Of a DNA stretch of 64,000 bases, positions 1-9,423 are shown one piece after another. The translations under genes and the position numbers were made by a program. The notes beneath the pieces were generated by a model. It did not search any database, was not told where the DNA came from, and saw nothing but the letters and a program-made list of their open reading frames with translations. Numbering within the stretch: position 1 is the stretch's first letter; each line of letters opens with the position of its first letter. Origin of the DNA: a virus (taxonomy: Duplodnaviria; Caudoviricetes); IMG/VR virus record IMGVR_UViG_3300013121_000028, positions 1-64,000 of that record; one strand, written 5' to 3'.

Positions 1-880
1 AGGTAAAACGGTAAAACCATCGGTTAAATCCTCAAAGTCGCTGAAATCGGCTAAAACAGCCAAAAAAAAGACTTATAAAGGAAAGAAGAAAGGAAGAAAA
101 CCAAGTGTTAGTAATAAATACAATGCAATTAAACAAGCAATAAGCTTACATTATTTAGCAACTGTAAATCGTAGAGTAAAAAGAATTGAATTAAAAATTA
201 TTTACGATTGGATTAAAACAAGATACGGCAATCAATCAATCAGGTATATCTTGATGAATATAGATGTTGTATTAGATAATTTTTGGCAAGAGTATTGTAA
301 TTTATATCCTGTAAACATAAATAATCACGCAAGGGTATTTGAATGGTATAATTTTAAGAATTACTTAAAAGATGAATCTCAATTTCACTACCCAACTGAC
401 ATAATTGAAGTTGATTTAACCGCTATCAATGAAGGAATATTTGAGTTCTTCATGGAAGATTATGGAACTAAATCAGAAGAATATTATGAAAAGTGTAAAT
501 CTGCGGGAATAAAACGTGAATCACCTCCACCTACATTATTTTTAGAAAATGCTTATTGTGATATTGCAAAAAAAGGTAATGTTTTCAAATATAAATTATT
601 GATGGATGAAGATATGCCATCGTTTATAGGCACTACAACAACACCAACGACTGTTCCACCACCTCAACAACCAATAACACCTGATAATGCCCAAAAACAA
701 CCTCAAACAGTAAATATTGATGCGGGTATTAGTTCAGGGGTTACTGATTCAAGTATTGAACGTGAGAAACTTAATAAAGAATATGAGTTAAAACAGCAAA
801 AATTAAAAGAATTAGCTCAATTATTGAAAGATGGTGTTATTACATTTGAACAATATATTGATGCGATTAAATTAATATAG
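1..880 (+). CDS. Hypothetical protein, 5'-truncated; Lys-rich region and C-terminal SHOCT-like domain
   Basis: The frame of ORF 251..880 is open back to position 2 (GKTVKPSVKSSKSLKSAKTAKKKTYKGKKKGRKP...), so the start lies before the window. C-terminal LKELAQLLKDGVITFEQY resembles SHOCT. Confidence 0.7.
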   Translation, partial: GKTVKPSVKSSKSLKSAKTAKKKTYKGKKKGRKPSVSNKYNAIKQAISLHYLATVNRRVKRIELKIIYDWIKTRYGNQSIRYILMNIDVVLDNFWQEYCNLYPVNINNHARVFEWYNFKNYLKDESQFHYPTDIIEVDLTAINEGIFEFFMEDYGTKSEEYYEKCKSAGIKRESPPPTLFLENAYCDIAKKGNVFKYKLLMDEDMPSFIGTTTTPTTVPPPQQPITPDNAQKQPQTVNIDAGISSGVTDSSIEREKLNKEYELKQQKLKELAQLLKDGVITFEQYIDAIKLI

Positions 881-984
881 TTGAAAACTCGTTAAACATT
901 TAATTAAATCAAGATAATTAATTATTACTTTTATTATAGTTTTTGTTTTATTGCTTTAGCCATATAGCATAAAATTAAGAGTTA

Positions 985-1031
985 AAACATGAAAGCACAT
1001 TGGATTTATTTCCTTTGTGCTTTTGTGTTTT
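985..1031. terminator. Stem-loop, probable (bidirectional) intrinsic terminator
   Basis: aaaacatgaaagcaca ... tgtgcttttgtgtttt inverted repeat with G-U pairs downstream of the first ORF. Confidence 0.5.
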
Positions 1032-1091
1032 ATTGCAATTTGGACATATATCTGCATTATGTTCATTTTTTCATAAATAATGGACTATTAT

Positions 1092-1127
1092 AAAAAAGAA
1101 AAGGTGCGTATAGAAACGCACCCTTTT
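1092..1127 (-). terminator. Intrinsic terminator hairpin (U-tail on - strand)
   Basis: Stem ggtgcgt 1103-1109 / acgcacc 1116-1122; the A-rich tract 1092-1102 gives a U-tail on the - strand. Confidence 0.6.
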
Positions 1128-1175
1128 GGCTACAAACCTTATTCTACGGTCAGGTAAAAGGAAGGATTGAGGATA

Positions 1176-1183
1176 CAAATATA
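1176..1183 (-). promoter_or_regulatory. Bacteroidota-type -7 promoter box (TATATTTG), leftward
   Basis: + strand caaatata is TAnnTTTG on the - strand; no good -33 TTTG seen. Confidence 0.4.
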
Positions 1184-1383
1184 CGGTCAATATAACGTAA
1201 AGTATAATTTTAAATGTTAAAAAAATATTAAACAACATAATATCAGTAAAATACATGGTTTTATTAAAGTATTAGTTAAACCAAAATCACTTAAAAACAC
1301 TAATATTTATTAACATTTTCAAGTGCTTATCAGTAGTTTACCGAAATACTTAATAACTGTTTAACACATTTTAACTCTTTATA

Positions 1384-1416
1384 TTTGGAGTTAGATAGGT
1401 GTTTGTTGTATCTTTA
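1384..1416 (+). promoter_or_regulatory. Bacteroidota-type promoter (-33 TTTG, -7 TATCTTTA)
   Basis: TTTG 1384-1387, 21 nt spacer, near-consensus TAnnTTTG at 1409-1416, upstream of the long + strand gene run. Confidence 0.5.
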
Positions 1417-1520
1417 CATTAAGAAATCACGGTCAGGTTTCAGCAACATTAAAGGTTAGTCAAGCATAACTATTAACGTAAAATGGCTAAACATATTTTT
1501 ATTTATTGAATGGTATTATA

Positions 1521-1943
1521 ATGAAAAAAAATAAAGAAATTATAAGTAAAAATATTCTAATTGCTGAATTTATGGGTGGTAAACCCGTAAATGAAGTGAA
1601 AGATAATCCTATTGCGTATTGTTTTCCATTTGAGTTCGGTAATAAAGAAACTTGGGATGAAGGAGGATTTCAAGGAAGTGGTAAATCATTTTGTTGGGAT
1701 ATTGAAGATTTACAATATGATTCATCTTGGGATTGGTTAATGCCTGTAATTGATAAGATTGAATTAGAAGGATATTATATTTCAATAACTAAATCAAATA
1801 TAACCTGTTGTAAAGATTTTGTAATATCACCAATTTTCTCTTATTATTTCAAAGAACATGAAAAAGCTATGAGTAAATTGGATGCTACTTGGTTTGCAGT
1901 TATAGAATTTATTAAATCACATTATAAAAAACAAAATAATTAA
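1521..1943 (+). CDS. Phage hypothetical protein, family A (N.LIAEFMG...W.WLMPV..KIE)
   Basis: ORF track (ATG at 1521 preferred over TTG 1506); paralogs at 18264 and 34265. Confidence 0.75.
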   Translation: MKKNKEIISKNILIAEFMGGKPVNEVKDNPIAYCFPFEFGNKETWDEGGFQGSGKSFCWDIEDLQYDSSWDWLMPVIDKIELEGYYISITKSNITCCKDFVISPIFSYYFKEHEKAMSKLDATWFAVIEFIKSHYKKQNN

Positions 1944-1966
1944 TACATTTAATTAAAATAAAAATA

Positions 1967-2620
1967 ATGACACAATTCACACTTTTTTGGCTTAACGGAA
2001 CAACAGAGGTTGTTTACGGAAATGATATTAATGAGGCACTAAACAAAACAAAAATAAAAGGAAAGGTTGTTTATTACACAGATGGCGATGCGAAAAATGA
2101 TTATGAGTTTGATTCAACTCAATCAATTTGGATACCTAAAAACAATGTAAAATATAATCTTGATTTCTTTCCTTTGGTTGTTACTAATGAAGGAAAAGAT
2201 AAAGATGGTAATACTATTCGCTCATTCTTTATTGATGATACAGGAAAAAATAAGCTTATGATTAAGCAAAATGATAAGTTAATAACATTGATTCTTAAAT
2301 TAGGTACTACAAAAAACCGACACATCGGAACAGTTACCAAAAGTACCCGAACTATTGAAATGAACAGGGTGCGTGGAAAACACTTGTTTCTTAAAGGAAA
2401 TGCCTATGGATTCAATCATTATGTTTTAAAAAACCAAACAAGTATTGATTGGATAAGATTATCAGACGATATGGGTGGGCGTTGGAAAATATCAGTAAAG
2501 GATGTTTTGGATAATGGTAAGTTTCTACACTTTAAAAATCAAGGATTCGAGCTTCAACAATTTTTATCATTAAATGAACTTGATAGGTTAGATAAAAAAG
2601 AAAAAAACAGTAGATTTTAA
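1967..2620 (+). CDS. Hypothetical protein
   Basis: 217-aa ORF, A-rich start context, in operon. Confidence 0.75.
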   Translation: MTQFTLFWLNGTTEVVYGNDINEALNKTKIKGKVVYYTDGDAKNDYEFDSTQSIWIPKNNVKYNLDFFPLVVTNEGKDKDGNTIRSFFIDDTGKNKLMIKQNDKLITLILKLGTTKNRHIGTVTKSTRTIEMNRVRGKHLFLKGNAYGFNHYVLKNQTSIDWIRLSDDMGGRWKISVKDVLDNGKFLHFKNQGFELQQFLSLNELDRLDKKEKNSRF

Positions 2621-2668
2621 ATAATCAAAATAAATAATATTTATTCATTAACTCAAAGCGTAGAACAA

Positions 2669-3010
2669 ATGGAAAAACAAAACAATGATTTAACAACAAG
2701 AGCAAAGGCTATTTCTTGGTGGAATAATTTTTCTGTTGTTGAAAAGGCTTACAAGCTAAGTGCTGTAAAAGATAAATACTTTTCTTTCTTTGAAGGAAGA
2801 AGGGTTGAAACACTCACAGGTAGAGAAATCGAAATGATTTACTCTCACTTCCACAAAAAAACACATCTTGTTATTGACGAAACAGATAATAATTCATCTT
2901 GTTTCGCAGGTACTTTAGAAGAATGTAATGATTTTGTTTCAAAACAAAATACATTCGGTTTTAAAGTTGTACCAATGACTAAACAAGAAATTGAAATACA
3001 TAACTATTAA
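2669..3010 (+). CDS. Hypothetical protein
   Basis: ORF in tightly packed operon. Confidence 0.7.
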   Translation: MEKQNNDLTTRAKAISWWNNFSVVEKAYKLSAVKDKYFSFFEGRRVETLTGREIEMIYSHFHKKTHLVIDETDNNSSCFAGTLEECNDFVSKQNTFGFKVVPMTKQEIEIHNY

Positions 3011-3022
3011 CAAATAATTACC

Positions 3023-3415
3023 ATGAATAATTTATTTATACCATACGAATTAGCTATTATAGCTTATAAAAAAGGATTTGAAATTAAAGGTTATGGTATC
3101 GGTTGGTATTATAAACGCAGAGATACAGGTGAAATACATGGACTTGATACTTTTTACATTGATACAAACCAAAACATTGAACAATGGGATAAAATTGATG
3201 AACCTATTGAAGCAATATTATACCAACAAATATTAGATTGGTTAAGAGAAAAACATAAATTATTAATAGTAGTTACACACGCAACTCCTAAAAATAAATA
3301 TGTTTCAATAATTTATAAAGAATGGAATATTGAGGTTTATGCTACATTACATTATCTTGAAAATTATTACGAATCACTTAAAAAAGCAATCGAAGAAGCA
3401 TTAAAATTAATTTAA
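3023..3415 (+). CDS. Phage hypothetical protein, family B (LF.PYELA...KKGF...QQ..DWL)
   Basis: Clear paralog of 39379..39741. Confidence 0.75.
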   Translation: MNNLFIPYELAIIAYKKGFEIKGYGIGWYYKRRDTGEIHGLDTFYIDTNQNIEQWDKIDEPIEAILYQQILDWLREKHKLLIVVTHATPKNKYVSIIYKEWNIEVYATLHYLENYYESLKKAIEEALKLI

Positions 3416-3419
3416 AACC

Positions 3420-3950
3420 ATGAAGTTAATAAAAATAAAAACAGACCATTTTATAATAGTGGATGATTCAGATATTGAAGATGGTGATTTAGTATTTAAT
3501 TGTTATAATAAAACAATAATAAAGTTTAGTTCAGGTCATGGAATTGGACTTTGTAAAAAAATAACACATTCAACAACATCATCAAACCTTGATGTATATG
3601 GTCAAACCCCCGTTGGTTTATCATTACAAGAGGTAAAAGAAATAATTGGTGAGGTGGATGTAAAAATAATTTCTAATAATTGGGCTTTAGAAAATGCAGA
3701 TAGTACAATGGAAAGTAATTCTGCTCTTAATAAAGGTTTTATTTTTGGATACAATCAATGCCTTGAAGATAATAAGGATAAGAAATATACAGACGAGGAC
3801 ATGAGAAAATGTTGGGAGGCGTGTATAGCATTTAATAGACCCGCAGGATTGGATAGCGGAATTAACTATAATGTATTTATTAAAAATATTCAACCCAAAA
3901 CAGAATGGGAAGTAGAATTTGTTGATGGTAAACTTAAATTAATTTATTAA
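3420..3950 (+). CDS. Phage hypothetical protein, family C (D..I...D...KKI..ST)
   Basis: Shares motifs with 4237..4956. Confidence 0.7.
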   Translation: MKLIKIKTDHFIIVDDSDIEDGDLVFNCYNKTIIKFSSGHGIGLCKKITHSTTSSNLDVYGQTPVGLSLQEVKEIIGEVDVKIISNNWALENADSTMESNSALNKGFIFGYNQCLEDNKDKKYTDEDMRKCWEACIAFNRPAGLDSGINYNVFIKNIQPKTEWEVEFVDGKLKLIY

Positions 3951-4236
3951 AAATATGACAACATTAGAGATTATATTATCAATAGTAATTGTATTATTAT
4001 TGATATGGTTAAAAGTAGAAAAGCGTTATGGTAAATTATGTTGGCAAAATTGGGACTACTTTGAGGGAAAATACAATAGCCTTTATAAAGCTTATATTGC
4101 AAAATTAACTCCCGATGAATTGGCAAGGATTCAGGATATTAGTATAAATAAAGATAGGGATGATTGGGATTTAAAACCAAGATTAGAAAAACCTATTTAA
4201 AATAACAAATATAATAACACTTAAAGCAAGACAGTT

Positions 4237-4956
4237 ATGAAAAAAACATTTAAAGTAGTTATGCTTCCTACTAATCAAAAAGTAAATTTTGCTTGTGGAT
4301 TACAACCTAATGGAGTTCTTAAATATTGTTCTTCATTAAGTGATTTAGGAATAGGTAAACCTCAACACCTCTACATCATATCAGATGAAGAAATTAAAGA
4401 ATGTGATTGGTTTATTGGAGAAACAGGTATTGTTAAACGGGCTAATAAGATTGGAAAAAACAATGCTCAAATACACACCTCTGATGGATACGCTTATTTT
4501 AAACACAAATCAAAGAAAATAATAGCTACAACAGATAAATCTTTAGGAATAACTGATTATAGAGTTAGTCCTGTTCCTAATTTTTGTGATATGCCTCGAC
4601 TACATGAATCATTCATTCAAGCATTTGTCAAAGCTTATAATGAAGGTAAACCTATTACTGAAGTTGATTTGGAAGTAAATGAATCTACTAAATATAATAT
4701 AGATGAATTACGTGAAAGGCATTTAAATGGATTACCACATACTTATAATAAACCATTAATAAAAACAAGACCTGATAACACAGTAATTATACATAGAAGT
4801 AAAAAATATACCGAGCAGGAACTAATTGAAATACTTACTGAATTTGGATGTTATTTAGGTAAAAAGAAAACTGATAGCGAAAGTTATTTACGAACCTATA
4901 AAGATGTTATGAGAAGTGCTGTTATTGATTGGGGTAAAGAAACGGGAAAAATTTAA
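4237..4956 (+). CDS. Phage hypothetical protein, family C (PQHLYIISDEEIKE..W...KKIIATTD)
   Basis: 239-aa ORF; motif shared with 3420..3950. Confidence 0.7.
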   Translation: MKKTFKVVMLPTNQKVNFACGLQPNGVLKYCSSLSDLGIGKPQHLYIISDEEIKECDWFIGETGIVKRANKIGKNNAQIHTSDGYAYFKHKSKKIIATTDKSLGITDYRVSPVPNFCDMPRLHESFIQAFVKAYNEGKPITEVDLEVNESTKYNIDELRERHLNGLPHTYNKPLIKTRPDNTVIIHRSKKYTEQELIEILTEFGCYLGKKKTDSESYLRTYKDVMRSAVIDWGKETGKI

Positions 4957-5290
4957 TTTTTTATGGAAGAACACGAAAAAATACAATTAATAAAAAAAAT
5001 TGATGATATAAGAGATAGGGTTACTGCTATTGATAAAGAGCGTGAAGAACTCGTTAATCAATTACATGAATTATTGCCTATTAAAGTTGGTGATAAAGTA
5101 CAAATACTTAACAGGGATGGTAATGTATTTGTTAGATTCGCTTTTGTTAATAAAATAGAACTTAATCCGAGAGGTAAAGAAAGGAGAGTAAACATTGAAT
5201 TTGATTTACAGAAATGTAAATCAGATGGTACTTTTAGCCAACACGGTGATTACCTAAAGTATAATGAATATGTAAAAGCCATTAATTGAA

Positions 5291-5737
5291 TTGAAAAGAA
5301 TACATCATACAGATATAGATAATATTATTAATCAAAATTATTTTAATAATATAGAAGAATTTAAGCCTATTGGTATATGGTATGATATTGATAATTCTTG
5401 GACTGAATGGTGTAAAAGAAATATGCCTGATTGGACATACAAAAACCATTTTGAATTAGATATTGATGAAAGTAAAATATTAATTATTGATACAAAAGAA
5501 AAATTACTTGATTTTGATAAACAATATTCTATTCCTTTATCAAATAGAATTGGTAGTATTATAGGTAATATTTCAGTTATTGATTGGACATCTGTTTCAA
5601 ATAAATATAGCGGTATTGAAATTTCACCATATCGTTATGATTGTAGATTTGGTTTATTTTGGTACTATGGTTGGGATGTTGCAAGTGGGTGTATTTGGAA
5701 TTTTGATTGCGTTAAAGAAATTAAAAAAATAATATAA
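5291..5737 (+). CDS. Conserved phage hypothetical protein (KP.G.WY...W.EWC...YGWDV.SGCIW)
   Basis: ORF with Trp-rich conserved-looking motifs; function not recognised. Confidence 0.65.
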   Translation: MKRIHHTDIDNIINQNYFNNIEEFKPIGIWYDIDNSWTEWCKRNMPDWTYKNHFELDIDESKILIIDTKEKLLDFDKQYSIPLSNRIGSIIGNISVIDWTSVSNKYSGIEISPYRYDCRFGLFWYYGWDVASGCIWNFDCVKEIKKII

Positions 5738-5742
5738 ATAAT

Positions 5743-6489
5743 ATGATTTACATTCAGTCGGATAAAGAAAGAAAATTACCACATCATTTTGATTGTGCTT
5801 GTGCTATGTACGGTGCTATGGATAGTGCTTTAGATTTTAGAATGACATCTTTTGAGGAAGTTTTTAGTGGTAAATTAGACCACATGATAAAATCACATTT
5901 ATTTGTTGGTTCAGTAGAGTTTATGAAGGAGGTATTTAATCGTATTGGAATAACCGATATTAAATTACCTATGAACTCGGATAGGCAACATGAAACAATA
6001 ACTTTAAAAGAAGCAAAAGAAAGGGTTTGTAATGGAGAAAAAATATTCATAAAGCCTTACGAAACAAAACTATTTACAGGATTAGTGTTAGATGGATTTG
6101 ATTACAAGTGTTTACACGGATTACCTGATGATACAAAAGTTATGGCTTATGAGCCATTTAAAGAGAAAATACTAAGCGAGTGGCGTGTTTATATTCATAA
6201 TGGTAAAATTATTGATTCAAGGAATTATAGTGGTGATGTAACAACTAATTTAGATTACGGATGGGTTAATCATAGATTATCTGATTTAAAAGATAAAAAC
6301 TTTCCAATATCTTATACTATGGATGTTGCAGTTCTTGATGCACTACCAAGCGTATCGCCTATTTACGAAGGACAAGCTATTGTAGAATTTAATGATATGT
6401 GGGCTATTGGAAACTATGGGATGCCAAATGATTTGTATTTAAAATTACTTAGAGATAGGTATTTTGAAATAATTAAACAATATTCATGA
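5743..6489 (+). CDS. ATP-grasp domain protein (R2K/DUF4343-like)
   Basis: Motifs IFIKP, SEWRVYI, TMDVA, IVEFND typical of ATP-grasp folds. Confidence 0.7.
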   Translation: MIYIQSDKERKLPHHFDCACAMYGAMDSALDFRMTSFEEVFSGKLDHMIKSHLFVGSVEFMKEVFNRIGITDIKLPMNSDRQHETITLKEAKERVCNGEKIFIKPYETKLFTGLVLDGFDYKCLHGLPDDTKVMAYEPFKEKILSEWRVYIHNGKIIDSRNYSGDVTTNLDYGWVNHRLSDLKDKNFPISYTMDVAVLDALPSVSPIYEGQAIVEFNDMWAIGNYGMPNDLYLKLLRDRYFEIIKQYS

Positions 6490-7601
6490 AAATAATTGTA
6501 TCATCTAAAGCATTAGCTAAAAAATTATCAGAAATTGACTTTAATAATAATAGTGTTATTAGTGTAGGTATTAAACGTGGTTATGGTAAATTTACATTAG
6601 GCGAATTATCTATAAACACAGTAAAGTATTCTGTTAAAATTAATGTTGATGTTATTACAGATAATCTTAATGTTGATGTTATTACAGATAAAGATTATAT
6701 TATGCAAGAACACCGTAGATGGGATTGGGTTAGAGATTTATTAAACAAGGTTGACGAACAACCTATCGTTTTAGAAATAAGTCAATATTTTATAAATGTT
6801 ATTTTTCAGTATTAAAAATTAAATTACAATAAAAATGGAAATAAACAAACTAAATGTAGGACAAATATGTAGCGTTAAAATCTTCATTAAATCAAAATGC
6901 TACGATTATGAATACAGAAAAGAAAGAAGATTCTTAGGATTTGTAACACAAAAAGAAGGATTTTATAATACTTGGAACTTCAGGTACGATATTATTGTAC
7001 CAAAAGAAGATAGCACTAAATTATACACATTAGATAATTATAACATTAATAAAAAATAATTATTATGACACAAAAATTATTCAACGACAGCGAAGTTTAC
7101 CAAAAAGAACGCCCCAAAAACATAACAAAGGAGCAGGAAGATGATTTTTATCAGGATATGGCTGAACAGATTATTGATAATCATTGGAGTAAAAGCCCTA
7201 TTGAAAACATCATTCATGATTTAAGTGAAGTATCAATAAGTGATTCAGGTTATGAGATAGCTAAATCATTAGAAGGGTATCGTATGAAAGGAAGTTATGA
7301 TATTGATTCTTCTTTTATTGAATTTTTAGAAGGATTAGATTATGAGAAGCGTTTAATATTAAGAAATAATGTTAAGGATTGGGTAAAAGCACATAATCCT
7401 AAACCTAAATTTAAAAAAGGAGATAAATTATTGGTAGTTGAGTCAATTTTCTATGAAATGAAAAAGGATTCAATAATATACATCACAGGTAATAAAGAAG
7501 ATGAAGCAGTTTATTATGCACATAAAAACAAGGATAATAATGGTGGCTACATATTAGATTACGAGGAAGTTGAAAATAAGTGTCAATTATTGGAAGATTA
7601 A
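6486..7601 (+). other. Three hypothetical CDSs (6486-6815, 6835-7059, 7065-7601)
   Basis: ORF track, operon packing; no recognisable motifs. Confidence 0.6.
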
Positions 7602-7621
7602 TAAATTAAAAATAAATAATA

Positions 7622-8074
7622 ATGGAAAATAATTTAGATAAATTAACTGAGATTCAAAAAGAAGTCGGTTACGAAAAAGGAATTATCAATAATATTGCTT
7701 TACTTGGGTTATTCGGTGAGGCAGGTGAGGTTCTTAATGAATGTAGCATAACTAAAATTCCAAATGGAAAAGGGTTATGGTTTGAAGAAGGTGATAAAGC
7801 AATAGCTATTTCGGTAGCTAATAAAATAGATACCCTTAAAAAAGCTATCCGTGATAGAAAACACGAACCGCTTTATATTAAAATAAATGATGAAGAAAAA
7901 TTTGATAGCGAAATAGCTGATGTATTATATTACTTAAATGCTTTGGCAATCAACAGAGGTAAAACATTAAATGATTACGCTGAACTATCATTAAACAAAG
8001 TAATGAAGTATAAAACACAAAAAGATATTCGACACGCAAATGTTCGACACGCAAATGTGAAAAATTGGCTATGA
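7622..8074 (+). CDS. mazG: MazG-like nucleotide pyrophosphohydrolase
   Basis: LGLFGEAGEV and EIADVLYYL MazG motifs. Confidence 0.8.
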   Translation: MENNLDKLTEIQKEVGYEKGIINNIALLGLFGEAGEVLNECSITKIPNGKGLWFEEGDKAIAISVANKIDTLKKAIRDRKHEPLYIKINDEEKFDSEIADVLYYLNALAINRGKTLNDYAELSLNKVMKYKTQKDIRHANVRHANVKNWL

Positions 8075-8132
8075 CAATAAAACATATTAATAACAAACAA
8101 ACCAATAATTAAAAAATCAAAAAATAAATAAT

Positions 8133-8375
8133 ATGGCATTTGACAAAAATCATATAGGGCAGTTAAAAAATGAAATAATTCTTGTTGAAAAATTAGGTAA
8201 CGATATTGGGTACTTTGTTTTACTTCATATTGCTTCGGCTATTTACAAAACAAAAACACATAACAAGGATGTGAGTTTACTTAAAACAGAACTAACTAAT
8301 ATTATTAAAGATTTGGATAACGAAAATGAGGATTATTATAAATTAGTTAGTGAAACAATTAACATCGAGAAATAA
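8133..8375 (+). CDS. Small hypothetical protein directly upstream of the Tas-like gene
   Basis: 80-aa ORF; shares upstream aaaccaataattaaaaa with the next gene. Confidence 0.65.
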   Translation: MAFDKNHIGQLKNEIILVEKLGNDIGYFVLLHIASAIYKTKTHNKDVSLLKTELTNIIKDLDNENEDYYKLVSETINIEK

Positions 8376-8412
8376 TAATAAAAACCAAACCAATAATTAA
8401 AAATTAAAATCT

Positions 8413-9423
8413 ATGGCAACACTAAATGCGGAACAAAAAAAGGTAAAGAAAGTAATTACCAAAAAAAGGATTGAAATTCAGGATGAAATTTCAACAGTAG
8501 ACAAATTAGGCGAGGAAACACTTGCTGTAATGCCTGAAGATATGGCAGTAATGTATGCAGGTAAGCTATGTGCTATGCTCATTAAAGGTAATGTCGCCTC
8601 ACAAAATATCCTTTCGGGGTACATGAGGCAATATCCTGAACTTGAAGAAAACACTAAAAATCAATTAGTTCAACTTCAGAAAGATTTTGCATCTGATTTT
8701 GAGTTAGCAAAGAACAGAACTAATAAAATTGCCTCAAAACATCCCCTTTATGAGCGTTTAAAAGGCATTAAGGGTATATCAGCTTACCAAGTTGCCTTAT
8801 TAATGTCCTATATCAAGGATATTGGTCGTTTTGACACCCCAAGTAGGCTATGTGTATATGCGGGAATGGCTTCGGTTAATGGTATGCCCGTAGTTAAGGC
8901 AAATATTAACAAAATAAACGATTGGAAGATGGAAACTCAAGGGAAAGAATTTCAGGGGTTCAATACTGAATTATCGGGTCGTATGTTTGTTATTATTGAT
9001 TGCCTTATTCGTTCAAAAGGATTCTTCTACAATTACTATTTGGGTATCAGAAAAAGATTGGAGGAAAGAGCTTTAAAAGGCGGTGAAACATTCATTGCCA
9101 CAGCCCAAGACCAAAAAGAAAGTAAAGGAGTAATGAAGGCGGGTAATGCCTATATGAAAGGTAAGAAAAATCAATCACTTATTATGTGGAGTGATAAAAA
9201 CGCAAAAAGGCGTGTGGCAAGAACCTTCCTACATATATTTTGGAAAGAGTGGAGAGAGTTATCAGGATTACCTGTTAGACATCCTTATGTTGTTGATTAT
9301 TTAAAACATACAGGATATGTAACTTTAGAAGAAATAGTTAAAGCAGATTCAGTAAAGCAGGTTAAAAAAAGAAAGTCTAAAGATACTGATACTTCCGATA
9401 CTGAAGATAATAGTAATGATTAA
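8413..9423 (+). CDS. IS110-related Nop-domain protein, TIGR-associated TasA-like (no nuclease domain)
   Basis: LKGIKGISAYQVALLMSYIKDIGRFDTPSRLCVYAG matches the IS110 Transposase_20/Nop RNA-binding domain; C-terminal AKRRVARTFLHIFWKEWRELSGLP..PY; no N-terminal DEDD RuvC or HNH visible; abuts a 36-nt array. Confidence 0.85.
   Translation: MATLNAEQKKVKKVITKKRIEIQDEISTVDKLGEETLAVMPEDMAVMYAGKLCAMLIKGNVASQNILSGYMRQYPELEENTKNQLVQLQKDFASDFELAKNRTNKIASKHPLYERLKGIKGISAYQVALLMSYIKDIGRFDTPSRLCVYAGMASVNGMPVVKANINKINDWKMETQGKEFQGFNTELSGRMFVIIDCLIRSKGFFYNYYLGIRKRLEERALKGGETFIATAQDQKESKGVMKAGNAYMKGKKNQSLIMWSDKNAKRRVARTFLHIFWKEWRELSGLPVRHPYVVDYLKHTGYVTLEEIVKADSVKQVKKRKSKDTDTSDTEDNSND

Noticed and set aside
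1071-1256. 61-aa - strand ORF
   Set aside because: Low-complexity hydrophobic translation of AT-rich intergenic DNA overlapping promoter and terminator signals
8413-9423. Active IS110 insertion sequence transposase
   Set aside because: No N-terminal DEDD RuvC domain and no QSG-type serine motif after YAG; the gene sits in a phage operon with a guide-like array
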